Shown here: piece after piece, positions 8,283-16,511 of the stretch
Layout: each line of letters opens with the position of its first letter
Numbering within the stretch: the stretch's first letter is position 1
DNA from: Gemmatimonadota bacterium
GTDB lineage: Bacteria > Gemmatimonadota > Gemmatimonadetes > Gemmatimonadales > GWC2-71-9
Length of the DNA stretch: 25,448 nt
Direction of reading: 5' to 3'
Assembly: GCA_024640185.1 (NCBI GenBank)
Contig: JAHEFN010000002.1
Location: 1 to 25,448 of the forward strand
Translations under genes and position numbers: made by a program
Notes under the pieces: generated by a model
Told to the model about the DNA's origin: nothing
Databases searched by the model: none
Seen by the model: the letters and a program-made list of their open reading frames with translations, nothing else

Positions 8283-9548
8283 TCAGTCGCTCAGGATCGG
8301 GGCACCCGTCGGGCGGCCACCGCGGGCCAGCAGGTCGAGCAGCGCGTCACGTTCGGCGTCGAACACCGGCATGTCGGCACGCCCCAGCGGATCACCGGCC
8401 GGAAAGGTGATCGTGCGCGGGTCACGCGGCCGGCCATTGACCCGGAACTCGTAGTGCAGATGCGGGGCGGTGGAGAGGCCGGTGCTTCCCACCCGGCCGA
8501 TCCGCTGGCCCTGCTGCACGGAGCGGCCAGCGGAGATGCCGGCCTCGATCCGGCTGAGGTGGGCATACCGGGTGGTGATGCCGTTCTTGTGGCGAATCTC
8601 CACCATCCGACCATAGCCGCTGGCCGTCCCCGCCCGCACGACCACGCCCTTGCTCGCGGCGAGCACGGGGGTGCCGGTGGCAGCGGAGTAGTCGATGCCG
8701 TTGTGGGGACGGTAGACCTTGGCGATCGGATGGAATCGCCGGCCGACGCCACCGGTGATGTAGCGGTACTGGACCGGTGCGGCGAGGAACTCACGCTCGA
8801 GGGCACGACCGCGCTCGTCGTAGTAGCCGGTCTTGCCGCTTGCCGGCGTGAAGTGGAAGGCCTTGAGGTTGTGCCCGTTGATCGTCAGGTCGGAGGCGAG
8901 GATCCGGCCGATCTTGATCTCGCCCTCCTCGCTGATCAGCCGTTCGGTCACCACCACGAACGGATCGCCGGGCTGGGGGTCACGCGAGAAGTCGACGGAC
9001 CAGGCATTCACGTCGGCGAGGGTCGCCACCAAGGCACTCCTGGCCCCGGCATCCAAGACCGCATCACTCACGGCACGACTGACCGCCTCGTCGAGTGAGA
9101 CCTCGATCACGCCCGCGAGCTGCAGGGTATCGACCGTCCAGCGGATCAGGACGGAGGAGCCCTCCCATCCGGAACTGGTGCGAATGAAGCGGAGACGGCG
9201 CTCGTCACCCACCTTGAACTCGATCCTGGTGGGCTCATCGGTCACCACGTCGCGGTGGACCGAGAAGATCCGGTCGGCGCGGATGCGCCGTGGATCGAAC
9301 GACAGCGCATCGGCCAACTCCCTGACATCGAACCCGGTGACCCCCTGACGCGCCAGCACCGTCGAGATCGTCTCACCGCTGTGCAGGGTGTCGCGAACGA
9401 CCCGGAAGGGATCGCGGACCTCGATCGCCGCGGCGATCGGCACATCCGAGAGACGCGGCCACGGCCACTCGCCCCTGGCCATCACGATGGCGCCGAGGGC
9501 GAGGATGCCGACGGCGGCGAACCGGGGGAAGGTGGGGAGTCGAAGCAT
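8283..9548 (-). CDS. M23 family peptidoglycan DD-metalloendopeptidase (MepM/Csd3-like)
   Basis: N-terminal hydrophobic anchor, LysM/OapA-like N-region, intact Zn ligands HNGID (HxxxD) and HLH (HxH), plus GYGRMVEIRH and TRYAHLS. The ATG overlaps the ftsZ TGA (TGATG). Confidence 0.93.
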   Translation of the reverse strand: MLRLPTFPRFAAVGILALGAIVMARGEWPWPRLSDVPIAAAIEVRDPFRVVRDTLHSGETISTVLARQGVTGFDVRELADALSFDPRRIRADRIFSVHRDVVTDEPTRIEFKVGDERRLRFIRTSSGWEGSSVLIRWTVDTLQLAGVIEVSLDEAVSRAVSDAVLDAGARSALVATLADVNAWSVDFSRDPQPGDPFVVVTERLISEEGEIKIGRILASDLTINGHNLKAFHFTPASGKTGYYDERGRALEREFLAAPVQYRYITGGVGRRFHPIAKVYRPHNGIDYSAATGTPVLAASKGVVVRAGTASGYGRMVEIRHKNGITTRYAHLSRIEAGISAGRSVQQGQRIGRVGSTGLSTAPHLHYEFRVNGRPRDPRTITFPAGDPLGRADMPVFDAERDALLDLLARGGRPTGAPILSD

Positions 9549-10729
9549 CAGTCCATCTGCCGCCTGATGAAGGTGGGGATTTCCATGTCGCTGACATCGG
9601 TCGCCGCTGGCCGCGCGAGAGGCGGCTTCACAGGGGATGCCTCAGGGCCGCCCGCCGTCGCAGGGGGGGCCGCACTGGCCTGGGACCCTGGCGGAGGCTG
9701 ACGCCGAAACGGCAGGACCTGGGAGGCCCCACGCTCGACGACCGGCTCGCCGGTCACGGCCCGATCGAACCCCGTGGCAATCACCGTCACCCGGACCTCG
9801 CCGGTGAGCTTCGGATCGTTGCCGGCCCCGAAGATGATCTGTGCCTCATCTCCCACCGCATCATGGATGATCTCGCTGATCTGGGTCGCCTCGCCGAGAG
9901 TGAGGTCCTCGCCACCGAGGATGTTGATGAGGACGCCGCTGGCCCCATGGATCGACACGTTGTCGAGCAGAGGCGAGGTGATGGCCTGTTGGGCGGCCTC
10001 GAGGGCCCGATTCTCCCCACTGCTGATCCCGGTGCCCATCAGCGCAGCGCCGCCGTTCTGCATCACGGTCCGGACGTCGGCAAAGTCGACGTTGATGATC
10101 CCCGCGCTGGTGATCAACGAGGCGATACCCCTCGTCGCGTTCAAGAGCACCTCATCGGCCTTCTTGAGGGCGTCCTGGAACGGGATCCCCTTCCCCACCA
10201 CGGCGAGCAGTCGCTCGTTCGGCACCACGATCATCGTGTCGACGTGTCGACGCAGTTCGGTGATCCCCATCTCGGCCTGCTTCATCCGCTTGCGTCCCTC
10301 GAAGAGGAACGGCTTGGTGACGATGCCGACCGTCAGGGCACCGAGGTCCTTGGCGATCTGTGCCACGATCGGCGCCGCCCCGGTCCCCGTCCCGCCTCCC
10401 ATGCCGCAGGTCACGAAGACCAGGTCGGCCCCAGCCAGCGCCTCGAGCACTTCGTCGCGGTTCTCCTCGATCGCCTGTCGTCCGATCTCTGGCCTGGCAC
10501 CGGCTCCCAGCCCGCGAGTCAGCTTCTTGCCGATCTGGACCTTCACATCGCTGCGTGAGTTGCCGAGGGCCTGGGCATCGGTGTTGACCGAGATGAACTG
10601 GACGCCAGCAAGCGCCTCCTCGATCATCCGGTTGACCGCGTTGCCACCGCCGCCGCCGACGCCCACCACCTTCATGCGGGCGCTCTGCGTCAGCTCCTCC
10701 TCGAACTCGAATACCATGCCTTCGGCCAT
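9548..10729 (-). CDS. ftsZ: Cell division GTPase FtsZ
   Basis: KVVGVGGGGGNAVNRM, tubulin signature GMGGGTGTG, T7 loop NVDFADV, P/A-rich linker, C-terminal core DMEIPTFIRRQMD. Start at ATG 10729 (G6 SD 7 nt upstream) or ATG 10717. Confidence 0.99.
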   Translation of the reverse strand: MAEGMVFEFEEELTQSARMKVVGVGGGGGNAVNRMIEEALAGVQFISVNTDAQALGNSRSDVKVQIGKKLTRGLGAGARPEIGRQAIEENRDEVLEALAGADLVFVTCGMGGGTGTGAAPIVAQIAKDLGALTVGIVTKPFLFEGRKRMKQAEMGITELRRHVDTMIVVPNERLLAVVGKGIPFQDALKKADEVLLNATRGIASLITSAGIINVDFADVRTVMQNGGAALMGTGISSGENRALEAAQQAITSPLLDNVSIHGASGVLINILGGEDLTLGEATQISEIIHDAVGDEAQIIFGAGNDPKLTGEVRVTVIATGFDRAVTGEPVVERGASQVLPFRRQPPPGSQASAAPPATAGGPEASPVKPPLARPAATDVSDMEIPTFIRRQMD

Positions 10730-10751
10730 CACCGTGCCCCCCGAGAGCCGG

Positions 10752-12008
10752 TCAGAAGAAATCCTGCAACCACCGCTTGACTGGAGCGAACACCCGATCC
10801 ATGGCGGGTGAAGTCCGGCCCCCTGCCCCAAAACCACCGCCGAGCGCGACCTGCCTCGCGCTGTGCAGGGCCAGCCCCACCGGAACAGCATACCCCGGGG
10901 AAGCTACACGGTCGACCAGCCCCCGGAGACCCGCGGCCGGCACCCCGGTCCTCACCGGCGAGGCGAAGACGTCGCGGACCAGTTCCACCATCCCGGGGGC
11001 CTCGGCCCCGCCACCGCTGATGACGACCCCGCCCGGCAACCCCGCCATCGACCAGCCAGCCCGGGCTACCTCATCGATCGCCATCTCGGCGACCTCCTGC
11101 AGCCGCATGTGCATGATGTGGGCGATCAGCCGCCTGGGCGAATGCCGCGCCGGCTGGCCAGCCCCACCCGGCAGCTCGACGACCTCGACCTCCGGCACCA
11201 ACGGCTCATAGGCCGCCCCATAGCTCACCTTCAACCGCTCGGCATCGGCCTGGGTCACCTGCAGGCCATGCACCAGGTCGCTGGTGACGTGCCCCCCTGC
11301 GAAGCGGAGCGAGGCCGCATGCCGCAGCTTGCCTCCCTGAAAGATGGCGACGGAGGTACTCCCACCGCCAAACTCGATCATCACGACCCCCGCCTCCCGC
11401 TCCTCGGGGGTCAGCACCGCGAGGGCCGCGGCGAGGGGCTCCAGCACGAATTCCCCCACCCGCCAGCCGGCCTTCTCCACGGCGCGGCGGAGGTGGTTCA
11501 GGGCGCTCGAGCGGGCGGTGACCAGGAAGACCTCCGCCTCGAGTCGCTCGCCGGCCATGCCGATCGGATCGGCGTATCCCGGCTGTCCATCGACCCGATA
11601 GTCATGGGCGATCGCATGCAGCAACTCCTGATCATGACCGAAGGAGACGTTGCTGGCGACATCGTTGACCCGGGCAAGGTCCGCGGTGCGGATCTCACTC
11701 CCGAGGACGCTCGCGACACCATGCGAGATCCGCTGGGCGACCAACTCGCCGGCGACACCGACGTCGAGGGTGCCGACCTCGAGGCCGGCGATCCGTTCGG
11801 CATCCGAGACCGCCTTGCGCACCGCCAGGACGGTGGCCTCGAAGTCGCGAATCACCCCGCGGCGCATCCCATGCGACGGTTCCCGGCCCACCCCGAGGAC
11901 CCGCAGTCCCCAACTCCGGCCATCGCCGGTCACCTCGCCGATCACGCCGGTCACGGCGGTGGAGCCGAGATCGACGGCGGCGACGAGGCGCTGCACCGCG
12001 ACGCTCAC
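10752..12008 (-). CDS. ftsA: Cell division protein FtsA
   Basis: Actin-like motifs VDLGST, LEPLAAA, EFGGGST, AERLK, SGGGA; C-terminal amphipathic helix VKRWLQDFF; sits between ftsQ and ftsZ with a GTGA overlap. Confidence 0.97.
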   Translation of the reverse strand: MSVAVQRLVAAVDLGSTAVTGVIGEVTGDGRSWGLRVLGVGREPSHGMRRGVIRDFEATVLAVRKAVSDAERIAGLEVGTLDVGVAGELVAQRISHGVASVLGSEIRTADLARVNDVASNVSFGHDQELLHAIAHDYRVDGQPGYADPIGMAGERLEAEVFLVTARSSALNHLRRAVEKAGWRVGEFVLEPLAAALAVLTPEEREAGVVMIEFGGGSTSVAIFQGGKLRHAASLRFAGGHVTSDLVHGLQVTQADAERLKVSYGAAYEPLVPEVEVVELPGGAGQPARHSPRRLIAHIMHMRLQEVAEMAIDEVARAGWSMAGLPGGVVISGGGAEAPGMVELVRDVFASPVRTGVPAAGLRGLVDRVASPGYAVPVGLALHSARQVALGGGFGAGGRTSPAMDRVFAPVKRWLQDFF

Positions 12009-12685
12009 GCCGCCTCCCTTCGGACGAACACCCTGCCCCGAAAGCGCAGATCGAGATCGCGCCAGGCGATCGCCTGATCAGCCAGCCAACCGCGGACGGC
12101 CGCCAATCGCCGCAACAGCATCTCGTCCGCGTCGGAACGGAGCATGATCACGCGACGGTCGGCCACGAGGCGCACCACTTCGCCCTCGACCACGGCCTCG
12201 TCGAAGGTGGCATACCAGAGAGGATCGGCGCGGCGCAGGCGACCGAGGAGCGCCGCCGCGGCGGAATCTCGGGTCGCCAGCGGCAACGAGGCCGCCACCC
12301 GGCCCGGGGGATACGGCAACAGCTCCGCGCGATCATCGATCACCGCGACCTGCCCCTCGTCGATGATCACGGCGACCGGTGGGGCCTCCTCGACGGTGAT
12401 GCGCAGCGTCCCGGGCCAGCGCCGGGAGACGGCAGCCGACCGGAGTCCCGGCACCAGGGCGGCGTTGGCGGCGATCGGGGCCAGCGGGGTGAGGATGTCG
12501 GCCGCCTCGGGAATCCCCAGTTGCCGGACCACGGCGGCCTCATCGAGGTACTCGAGTCCGACCACCTCCACGGTGCCGATCCGGAAGAACCCGAGCCGCG
12601 GGATCGCCGCCCGGACCGTGATGGCCGTGCCAAGGACCAGGACAACCGCGAGGAGTGGCCGCCAGTGATCGAGGAGTCGCCTCAC
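12005..12685 (-). CDS. ftsQ: Cell division protein FtsQ/DivIB
   Basis: Short basic N-tail, single TM, POTRA region (FRIGTVEVVG...VSRRWPGTLRITVEE), C-terminal LDLRF; GTGA overlaps with murC and ftsA. Confidence 0.92.
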   Translation of the reverse strand: MRRLLDHWRPLLAVVLVLGTAITVRAAIPRLGFFRIGTVEVVGLEYLDEAAVVRQLGIPEAADILTPLAPIAANAALVPGLRSAAVSRRWPGTLRITVEEAPPVAVIIDEGQVAVIDDRAELLPYPPGRVAASLPLATRDSAAAALLGRLRRADPLWYATFDEAVVEGEVVRLVADRRVIMLRSDADEMLLRRLAAVRGWLADQAIAWRDLDLRFRGRVFVRREAA

Positions 12686-14064
12686 GCTTCACCTCCCAGC
12701 CGCTGACGCACGGCAGGTCCCACCCCGGTGATGTCGCCGGCCCCGAGGGTGAGGACCACGTCGCCCTCGCGGATCGCCTGGTGGACCCGCTCCGCCAGTT
12801 CGCCTCGGTCCACCACGTAGAGGGGATCGATCGCACCGGCCCGCCGTGCGGCCTCGACCACCGACGCTCCCGTCACCCCGGGGAGCGGCTCCTCGCGTGC
12901 CGGATAGACATCGGTGATGATGGCAAGGTCGGCGGCACTGAGGGCCTGTCCCATCGCCTCACCGTGTTGGCGGGTTCGCGAGAACAGGTGCGGCTGGAAG
13001 ACGGCGACGAGTCGGCGGCGAGGGAAGGCCTGCCGAGCCGCGGCGATCGTCGCCTCGATCTCGGTCGGGTGATGCGCGTAGTCATCGACGAAGGTGATGC
13101 CCGCCGTGTCGCCGAGCCGTTCGAATCGCCGGCCGACCCCGACGAACGCCCCCAAGGCGGCCGCGGCCGAGCCCAGGTCACCACCCAGGGCATGGACCAC
13201 GCCGAGGGCGGCCACGGCATTGCGGATGTTGTGCAGCCCGGGCACCTGCAGACGCAGGGTGACCCGTGCCCCATCGGGCCACCGGCAGTCGGCCACCGAG
13301 CCCTCGGCATCCTGCGTGGTGACCGTGACCCGAAGATCGGCGCGCTCTTCCGGCCCGAAGCGGATCGCTTGCGAGCCGAGACGGGCGGCGATCCGGTCGC
13401 TGTCGGCGTCGGCGGTTCCGATCAGCACGGTGACGGCACGACTGCCGAACGTCACGAAGGCATCGTGCAGCGCCTCAACCGTCCCATAGCATTCGAGGTG
13501 ATCGACCTCGACGTTGTTGATCACCGCGACCGTCGGATCGAGGGTGAGGAACGCCTGATCATATTCGTCGGCCTCCACCACCCAGAGGGCGTCACCACCG
13601 AGCAGCGCGTTGCCACCCCACGAGGCGACCCGGCCCCCTGCCAATCCGCTCGGCGAGAACCCCGCCGCCGTCAGCGCCTCGGTCGTCATCACCGTGGTGG
13701 TCGTCTTGCCGTGGGTGCCGGCGAGCGCGACGACGGTCCCGGGGTTGACCAGTTGGGCGAGCGCCTCCTTGCGGGGGACCACCGCGATGCCGCGGCGCCG
13801 GGCTTCGACCAGCTCGGCGTGGTCGTCGCGGGCCGCGGCGGTGACCACCACGGCGCGGATGCCGTCGAGATGAGCCAGGTCCACTTCGCGGCTCACGGCC
13901 GCCCCGGCGGCGCGAAGATCGGCGAAGGCGCTGTCGTTGGGGTCACAGCCGGTCACCGGCACACCCCGGCGCAGCGCGGCGAGGGCGAGGGCGCTCATCC
14001 CCGCTCCCCCGATGCCGAGGAAGTGAAGTGGACGAGGATCGGCTGGGTCATAGAGGCGTGCCAC
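12682..14064 (-). CDS. murC: UDP-N-acetylmuramate--L-alanine ligase MurC
   Basis: HFLGIGGAGMSALA, AGTHGKTTTT, EADEYD, DDYAHHPTE, FQPHLFSRT, LTLGAGDI. Start moved to GTG 14064 (GAGG 5-6 nt upstream); the 40-aa extension to 14184 looks non-homologous. Confidence 0.97.
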   Translation of the reverse strand: MARLYDPADPRPLHFLGIGGAGMSALALAALRRGVPVTGCDPNDSAFADLRAAGAAVSREVDLAHLDGIRAVVVTAAARDDHAELVEARRRGIAVVPRKEALAQLVNPGTVVALAGTHGKTTTTVMTTEALTAAGFSPSGLAGGRVASWGGNALLGGDALWVVEADEYDQAFLTLDPTVAVINNVEVDHLECYGTVEALHDAFVTFGSRAVTVLIGTADADSDRIAARLGSQAIRFGPEERADLRVTVTTQDAEGSVADCRWPDGARVTLRLQVPGLHNIRNAVAALGVVHALGGDLGSAAAALGAFVGVGRRFERLGDTAGITFVDDYAHHPTEIEATIAAARQAFPRRRLVAVFQPHLFSRTRQHGEAMGQALSAADLAIITDVYPAREEPLPGVTGASVVEAARRAGAIDPLYVVDRGELAERVHQAIREGDVVLTLGAGDITGVGPAVRQRLGGEA

Positions 14065-14074
14065 GGTGGCCTCG

Positions 14075-14102
14075 AAGATAGAACATCGACGGACGGCGAC
14101 AA
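14075..14102 (-). promoter_or_regulatory. Putative internal sigma70 promoter upstream of murC
   Basis: TTGTCG (14102-14097), 16-nt spacer, TATCTT (14080-14075), inside the only large (171-nt) gap of the dcw cluster. Confidence 0.55.
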
Positions 14103-14235
14103 AGTCGCGGCCGCCGGGAGCGTGGCGGGCGCGTGCCGGAGCCGGCGTCAGCCGCGTCGGCAGGATCGTCGGCAGTGTGGTCACCCCCCGAGCCGTCGCC
14201 GACCAGCGCCGTCGACGCGGCGCCGCGCGGCGTGA

Positions 14236-15342
14236 TCAGTGACCGGGGCGAGGCCCTTCCGCGAGAGCGATCACCCGAGTGGCGATCTCCCTGGCGGCAT
14301 CGGGACGGCCCCGGGCCCGAGCCGCGGCCGCCATCGCGGCCCGACGGGGTGCCGCACCGAGGATCGCCGTCACCTCATCTTCGAGTCGCTCGGGGGTGAG
14401 TTCGGCTTGGGGCAGGTGGATCGCGGCACCGGCAGCGGCGGCGGCCCGCGCGTTGTGTGATTGGTGATCCGCTGCGGCGGTCGGCAACGGCACCACGATC
14501 GCCGGGATGCCCCAAGCGGCCAGTTCGCCGAGCGTCGACATCCCAGCGCGGGAGATCGCCAGGTCGGCGACCGCCCAGGCATCCGCCATCGGATCGATGA
14601 AGTCCAGGACGTGGATCGCCGGGGGCGCATGGCGCGCGGCGAACCGGGCATGGGTACCGCGCCCGGTGGCCCAGATGATCCGACGTCCGATACCACCGCC
14701 GGCGTCGAGCCAGGCAGCCACGACGTCATTGAGCGCCGCCGATCCCTGACTGCCGCCAGTGATCACCACCACCGCTTCCCCGCCATCAATCCCGAATCGC
14801 GCCCGCGCCGTCGGCTGACGCGACCGGTCGGGGGCGGTGATCGGGGCGCCGGTCACCGTGGCGCGGTTCCGCGACGCCGGCGGCAAGCCGTCGATCGCCT
14901 CGGGTGCCCCGAGCCAGATCTCGCGGGCCGAGCGAGCGACCAACCGGGTGGCCAGCCCCGGGTGCACATCGAGCTCCAGCACGGCACAGGGAATCCCGCG
15001 CCGAGCGGCACGCCAGATCACGGGTCCGCTGACATAGCCGCCCGTGCCGATCACCGCCGCCGGCCGCTCGGTATCGAGCCAATCATCGACCTCTCGAATC
15101 ACCCGTCCGGCGAGCAGTGGCCAGCGCAGGTTCCGCCACCACGCCCGCCGATGCACCGGCTCGAACGGGAAGAGTCGATGCGGCAGGTGACGCGCCGGGA
15201 GGATCCCTGCCTCGACGCCGCGATGCGCACCGGCAAATGCGATCCGGATGTCGGGCCGCTGGGTGGTCACGGCGTCGGCGATCGCCAATGCGGGGAAGAG
15301 GTGACCTCCGGTGCCGCCCCCGGCGAAGCAGATGGTCGTCAT
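14236..15342 (-). CDS. murG: Undecaprenyldiphospho-muramoylpentapeptide beta-N-acetylglucosaminyltransferase MurG
   Basis: AGGGTGGHLFPALA, GTGGYVSGP, TGGSQGS, SRAGMSTLGE, DHQSHNA; ATG 15342 overlaps the ftsW TGA (ATGA). Confidence 0.97.
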   Translation of the reverse strand: MTTICFAGGGTGGHLFPALAIADAVTTQRPDIRIAFAGAHRGVEAGILPARHLPHRLFPFEPVHRRAWWRNLRWPLLAGRVIREVDDWLDTERPAAVIGTGGYVSGPVIWRAARRGIPCAVLELDVHPGLATRLVARSAREIWLGAPEAIDGLPPASRNRATVTGAPITAPDRSRQPTARARFGIDGGEAVVVITGGSQGSAALNDVVAAWLDAGGGIGRRIIWATGRGTHARFAARHAPPAIHVLDFIDPMADAWAVADLAISRAGMSTLGELAAWGIPAIVVPLPTAAADHQSHNARAAAAAGAAIHLPQAELTPERLEDEVTAILGAAPRRAAMAAAARARGRPDAAREIATRVIALAEGPRPGH

Positions 15343-16511
15343 TCGCGACGCCGTCGGCTGCGGCCGCGCTCCCGACCAATCGAGACCAGGATGCCGGCCG
15401 CCAGCAGGTTGATGATCAGGGCGACCCGGCCGGCGGAGATGAACGGCAGGGTCAGCCCGGTGGCTGGCATCAGCTTCGTGACCACGGCAGCGTGCATGAA
15501 GCCTCCGATGCCGACCATCGCCGTCAAGCCGCCAGCCAGGGCGGTGCCGAAGAGGTCCGGGGCGGTGCGCGCGATCCGAAATCCCATCCAACAGAAGATC
15601 GCGAACAGCGCCACGAGGAAGACCACGCCCAGGAACCCCCATTCCTCGCCCACGATCGAGAGGATGAAGTCGGAGTAGCCATAGGCGAGGTGACCCAGCT
15701 TCTGGGTGCCCCGACCGAACCCGAGTCCGAAGAGGCCCCCGTTGCCGAAACCGATCAGTGAATCGCAGACCTGGTCCTGCACCGGGATGCAGTCGACCGC
15801 CGGCGCGAGAAAGGCGCGGAGCCGGTCCATCCGTTCCAACGAGAGCAACATCATCCCCGCCGCCCCGGCAACGGCGGGGAGCCCGAGCATGGCCAGATGA
15901 CTGACGCGGACCCCGGCGACGAAGGCCACCGTGAGCCCGGTGATGGTCAGCAGGATCGCCATCGACAGGTTCGGTTGGATCGCCACCAGCAGGGCGACCG
16001 CCAAGACCGGACGCACCACGATCACGAAGCCGGCCCGGAAGTCACGAATTCGTCGCCCCAGGTCGGCCGCGACCGCCGCCACGAAGACCGGCAGGGTGAC
16101 CCGGGCGATCGCCGCGATCTGGATCTGCGGCCCGCCCTCCCAGGCGCGGATCCAGCGATGCGACCCGTTGAGATAGGGGAAGAACACCCCGATGACCCCC
16201 GGGGCCTCGGCCCGACGCCAGAGGACCGCCACCATCGCGATCAACCCCAGACCAGCCAGGGTGGCGTAGAAGATCGGCCGCGCCATGCGCCGCCAGATCC
16301 GGTAGTCGAGTCGCGACACGATGAGGAACAGCACACCGCCGACGATGGCGCTGCCGACCTGCTGCTCGGCCTCGCTGAACCAGTCACTCCGGTAACTCCC
16401 CGCCGCGTAGCAGACGGCGATACCGAGCGCCACAAGGGTACCGGTGACCACTGCCAGCAGCCGGGTCTCCCAGCGCAGCTCGCCCGGGTGGCGGACTTCA
16501 CTGCTCGTCAC
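15339..16511 (-). CDS. ftsW: SEDS peptidoglycan glycosyltransferase FtsW (divergent motifs)
   Basis: Multi-TM protein; NGSHRWI, FGNGGLFGLGFGRGTQKLG, YSDFILSIVGEEWGF (catalytic Asp region), TGLTLPFIS; located between murD and murG; GTG 16511 overlaps the murD TGA. Confidence 0.94.
   Translation of the reverse strand: MTSSEVRHPGELRWETRLLAVVTGTLVALGIAVCYAAGSYRSDWFSEAEQQVGSAIVGGVLFLIVSRLDYRIWRRMARPIFYATLAGLGLIAMVAVLWRRAEAPGVIGVFFPYLNGSHRWIRAWEGGPQIQIAAIARVTLPVFVAAVAADLGRRIRDFRAGFVIVVRPVLAVALLVAIQPNLSMAILLTITGLTVAFVAGVRVSHLAMLGLPAVAGAAGMMLLSLERMDRLRAFLAPAVDCIPVQDQVCDSLIGFGNGGLFGLGFGRGTQKLGHLAYGYSDFILSIVGEEWGFLGVVFLVALFAIFCWMGFRIARTAPDLFGTALAGGLTAMVGIGGFMHAAVVTKLMPATGLTLPFISAGRVALIINLLAAGILVSIGRERGRSRRRRE

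Noticed and set aside
9663-9669. G7 homopolymer in the ftsZ linker
   Set aside because: Short, encodes Ala-Pro-Pro in frame in an essential gene; not a credible phase-variation tract.
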